From: an uncultured virus (IMG/VR IMGVR_UViG_3300042865_001090)
Lineage: Duplodnaviria; Heunggongvirae; Uroviricota; Caudoviricetes
IMG/VR virus record: IMGVR_UViG_3300042865_001090
DNA length: 20,000 nt
Direction: 5' to 3' (one strand)
Shown piece by piece: positions 17,991 through 20,000 of this stretch. The notes beneath the pieces were generated by a model. The model saw nothing but the letters and a program-made list of their open reading frames with translations, was not told where the DNA came from and ran no database searches. Position numbers and translations under genes: made by a program. The stretch's first letter is position 1. The number at the start of each line of letters is the position of its first letter.

Positions 17991-20000
17991 TGAAAAATGA
18001 AGAAGAGTTAGTCCCTAAGCTTTTCTCTAAAAAGAAAAAACGCACACGTAAGCGTTCTGCTGGAGAACATCGTGACGGATGGGAAAATTTGGGGGAACGT
18101 GGCGTTGTCAGAATAGATGCAAGCCCTGGTGGTGGAATAACAGGGGTTAATGTCGGCGGTATTTCTGGAAAGGGAGTGCCACGGGTCGGCCGTAGATTGG
18201 GCTCAATAGGTAGGGCTGCAAGAAGGAAATTTCAAAAAGTTTCACGAGATGGTGACGGTGATGGAAAATGGACAAACCCCCTTACGGGTGAAGACAATTT
18301 GCCATACAACCCTTCTGGAAAACCAGACGCGACTGATTTGCCTGGTGCAATAAACCTACCAAGCCCCAGCGACACAAATGGTCGGCAACGACGCAAGTTT
18401 CTTTCAGATATGGAAAATCACGTAATGAGATTGACCACTGGGGGGATAGATTCTCTGGAAGTTGAAATTGAAGACAGAATCACAGCAATGCAGTTGAGAG
18501 GCCGGGTTCACTACTGGAATAGACCGGGAACCAGGGATATAAAAACTTCTTACAATGGAAATAAATTCAGAGCCTACGCTTCAACTGGTCCTAAGTCTGG
18601 GAAAAAAGTAACAATTAGCGGAGCAATGGCGTCCGGTCCACCCAGGAATGAAACACCCTACATCGGTGACGAAAAACTGATTGAAGAGCAGGCAAACCAA
18701 ACACAAAAGTTTTTGCGCTGGAAGCAGAATGACGATTGGAAAAATTTCCACATTGAGCATTACGACTGGTGGACATTCCCAATAGACAAAGGCTCTGGAC
18801 CGTACGGATTTATGTACGACGTCAGTGGCGAGCCACTTGAAAGGCTTAAACAAAACCAGAGTTATCTTGCATCGATTCGAGATGCAGCTTCCGCCTACAT
18901 GGAAAGCCTTGGATGGAACATGAGAACCGGGTGGTGGATTCCAAATCCAAGACCAGACCAAAAACCTAACGGGAACATAAATCAACAGCGTTTGTTTAAA
19001 ATAGGACGGTCGCTTCAAATACACGAACTGAATGATTCTTTCAATTCTGTGCGGCACCTAGTGGAGACACTGAAGGCTAATGGGGTGCGCGTAGGGAACG
19101 ATGAATACTGGTCAAATCCGAGCAAATACACACCAAGGTCTCGTTTTAAAGATTCTGATGGCGTTGTTGGAAGGATGGCTCTCGGAATTAGTCCAAAAGC
19201 ATTCAAGGGTCACCAGGAGTTAATTGACCCAATGGATGCCAGCTTCAGGAGGGTGTGGAATGATAGAGATGAACGAAATGCAATTAAAAGCAAAATAAAA
19301 AATGATTTGACTTTTGATTGGAAGGACGAAAACTCGCGCAGGGATTATATTAATAAACTTTGGAGAAATGACCTAACCCCAGAATACGCAAATTTTGCTA
19401 AAAAGATTTCTCCGCAAACAAGAAATTCTGCTGATGGAAAAACCGGTCTAAACCCAATACTGAAGGAAAACCTTGGCCTCATAAATGATTTGGGTGTTCA
19501 CTGGACATCACGAACGGGTGCGCGCGGTCAAGCAACATTTCGAGACCAATATGGCTCCCTGTTCGGGCACGCCACAACACCAATGGGAGAGGACGCATAC
19601 GCCAATCAAGTCAGAGATATTCTAGGCTATTTTGCACCGACGATTAATCCAGATTTGTATTGGAATAGATTTGAATCGTGGATTAGGAATCCATTTTCTG
19701 TAGTTCGTGATAAAAAGACCGGAAACGACATAGGAGTGCGACTTTACTTCAATGACGACAGAGATGAGCTGGTTAAAGAATTTAATAAAAGAATTACACG
19801 TCTCTATGCAGCTGTCGCCGAGGCATACGGCCATAGGCCCGAAGACAAGCCTTTTATTCCCTTGCCCGAACATGAGGAAATGGACACCTTTTCACAAGAT
19901 GATGTTTTGGAGTACATCCGAAAGCAGATGAATGCGTTGATTAATTCCCCCGAGCTGCCCATGCACCAAACACCAACGGTTGAAGCGTTGAGAAAAGAAC
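17990..20000 (+). CDS. Large protein, 5' part only (>670 aa, runs off window): basic N-terminus, DGDGDG motif, OGFr_N/DUF1810-like module
   Basis: Not in the ORF track because it has no stop in the window. Manual translation from ATG 17990 (MKNEEELVPKLFSKKKKRTRKRS...) stays open to 20000. Contains RDGDGDGKW, ISGAMA, HYDWWTFP, RLFKIGRSL and VVGRMA. Confidence 0.88.
   Translation, partial: MKNEEELVPKLFSKKKKRTRKRSAGEHRDGWENLGERGVVRIDASPGGGITGVNVGGISGKGVPRVGRRLGSIGRAARRKFQKVSRDGDGDGKWTNPLTGEDNLPYNPSGKPDATDLPGAINLPSPSDTNGRQRRKFLSDMENHVMRLTTGGIDSLEVEIEDRITAMQLRGRVHYWNRPGTRDIKTSYNGNKFRAYASTGPKSGKKVTISGAMASGPPRNETPYIGDEKLIEEQANQTQKFLRWKQNDDWKNFHIEHYDWWTFPIDKGSGPYGFMYDVSGEPLERLKQNQSYLASIRDAASAYMESLGWNMRTGWWIPNPRPDQKPNGNINQQRLFKIGRSLQIHELNDSFNSVRHLVETLKANGVRVGNDEYWSNPSKYTPRSRFKDSDGVVGRMALGISPKAFKGHQELIDPMDASFRRVWNDRDERNAIKSKIKNDLTFDWKDENSRRDYINKLWRNDLTPEYANFAKKISPQTRNSADGKTGLNPILKENLGLINDLGVHWTSRTGARGQATFRDQYGSLFGHATTPMGEDAYANQVRDILGYFAPTINPDLYWNRFESWIRNPFSVVRDKKTGNDIGVRLYFNDDRDELVKEFNKRITRLYAAVAEAYGHRPEDKPFIPLPEHEEMDTFSQDDVLEYIRKQMNALINSPELPMHQTPTVEALRKE

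Noticed and set aside
2774..19180. GxM motifs read as internal translation starts (GGA...ATG as SD plus start)
   Set aside because: Only 3 nt separate the Gly codon from ATG, too short for SD spacing, and three copies use GGT or GGC. The conserved upstream [IV][STV] points to peptide-level selection. Ribosome profiling would be needed to exclude it fully.
2044..19873. Numerous 60-170-aa minus-strand and alternate-frame ORFs
   Set aside because: All lie almost entirely within long plus-strand ORFs and show no recognisable motifs. The plus strand is already nearly fully coding.
1..20000. Stop-codon reassignment, inteins, CRISPR array, tRNA/rRNA, transposase
   Set aside because: Genes read through at high density in the standard code and end in TAA, TAG and TGA. 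I saw no intein splice or LAGLIDADG motifs, spaced nucleotide repeats or mobile-element genes, and the intergenic gaps (about 70 nt) leave little room for RNA genes.

Overview
This window is one tightly packed, all-plus-strand gene block that looks like part of a large tailed-phage genome, probably the head/virion-cargo region. The phage origin is an inference: no capsid, portal or terminase gene is visible. There are 8 complete CDS plus partial CDS at both edges; the right-edge ORF (17990..>20000, >670 aa) is missing from the supplied track. Many junctions are translationally coupled (ATGA, GTGA, TAATG). The large proteins (2026 aa, 683 aa, 2129 aa, >670 aa) carry recognisable enzyme-like modules: an HEXXH zincin, an intact DEDDh exonuclease, a DUF3626-like domain, a degenerate HipA/PI3K-like kinase, an ADP-ribosyltransferase-like C-terminus and an OGFr/DUF1810-like domain. 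Three short peptide signatures recur across these otherwise dissimilar proteins. (1) [IV]-[STV]-G-x-M-[ARS] occurs 9 times, and in the 2026-aa and right-edge proteins it brackets the enzyme modules. (2) R-C-P-x8-F-T-[DN]-x5-C occurs once near the N-terminus of three proteins with identical spacing. (3) hydrophobic-[DEQ]-x-K-small occurs in the N-terminal leaders. Together they suggest capsid-targeted, proteolytically processed effector polyproteins. All family assignments come from motif recognition by eye, not database searches.
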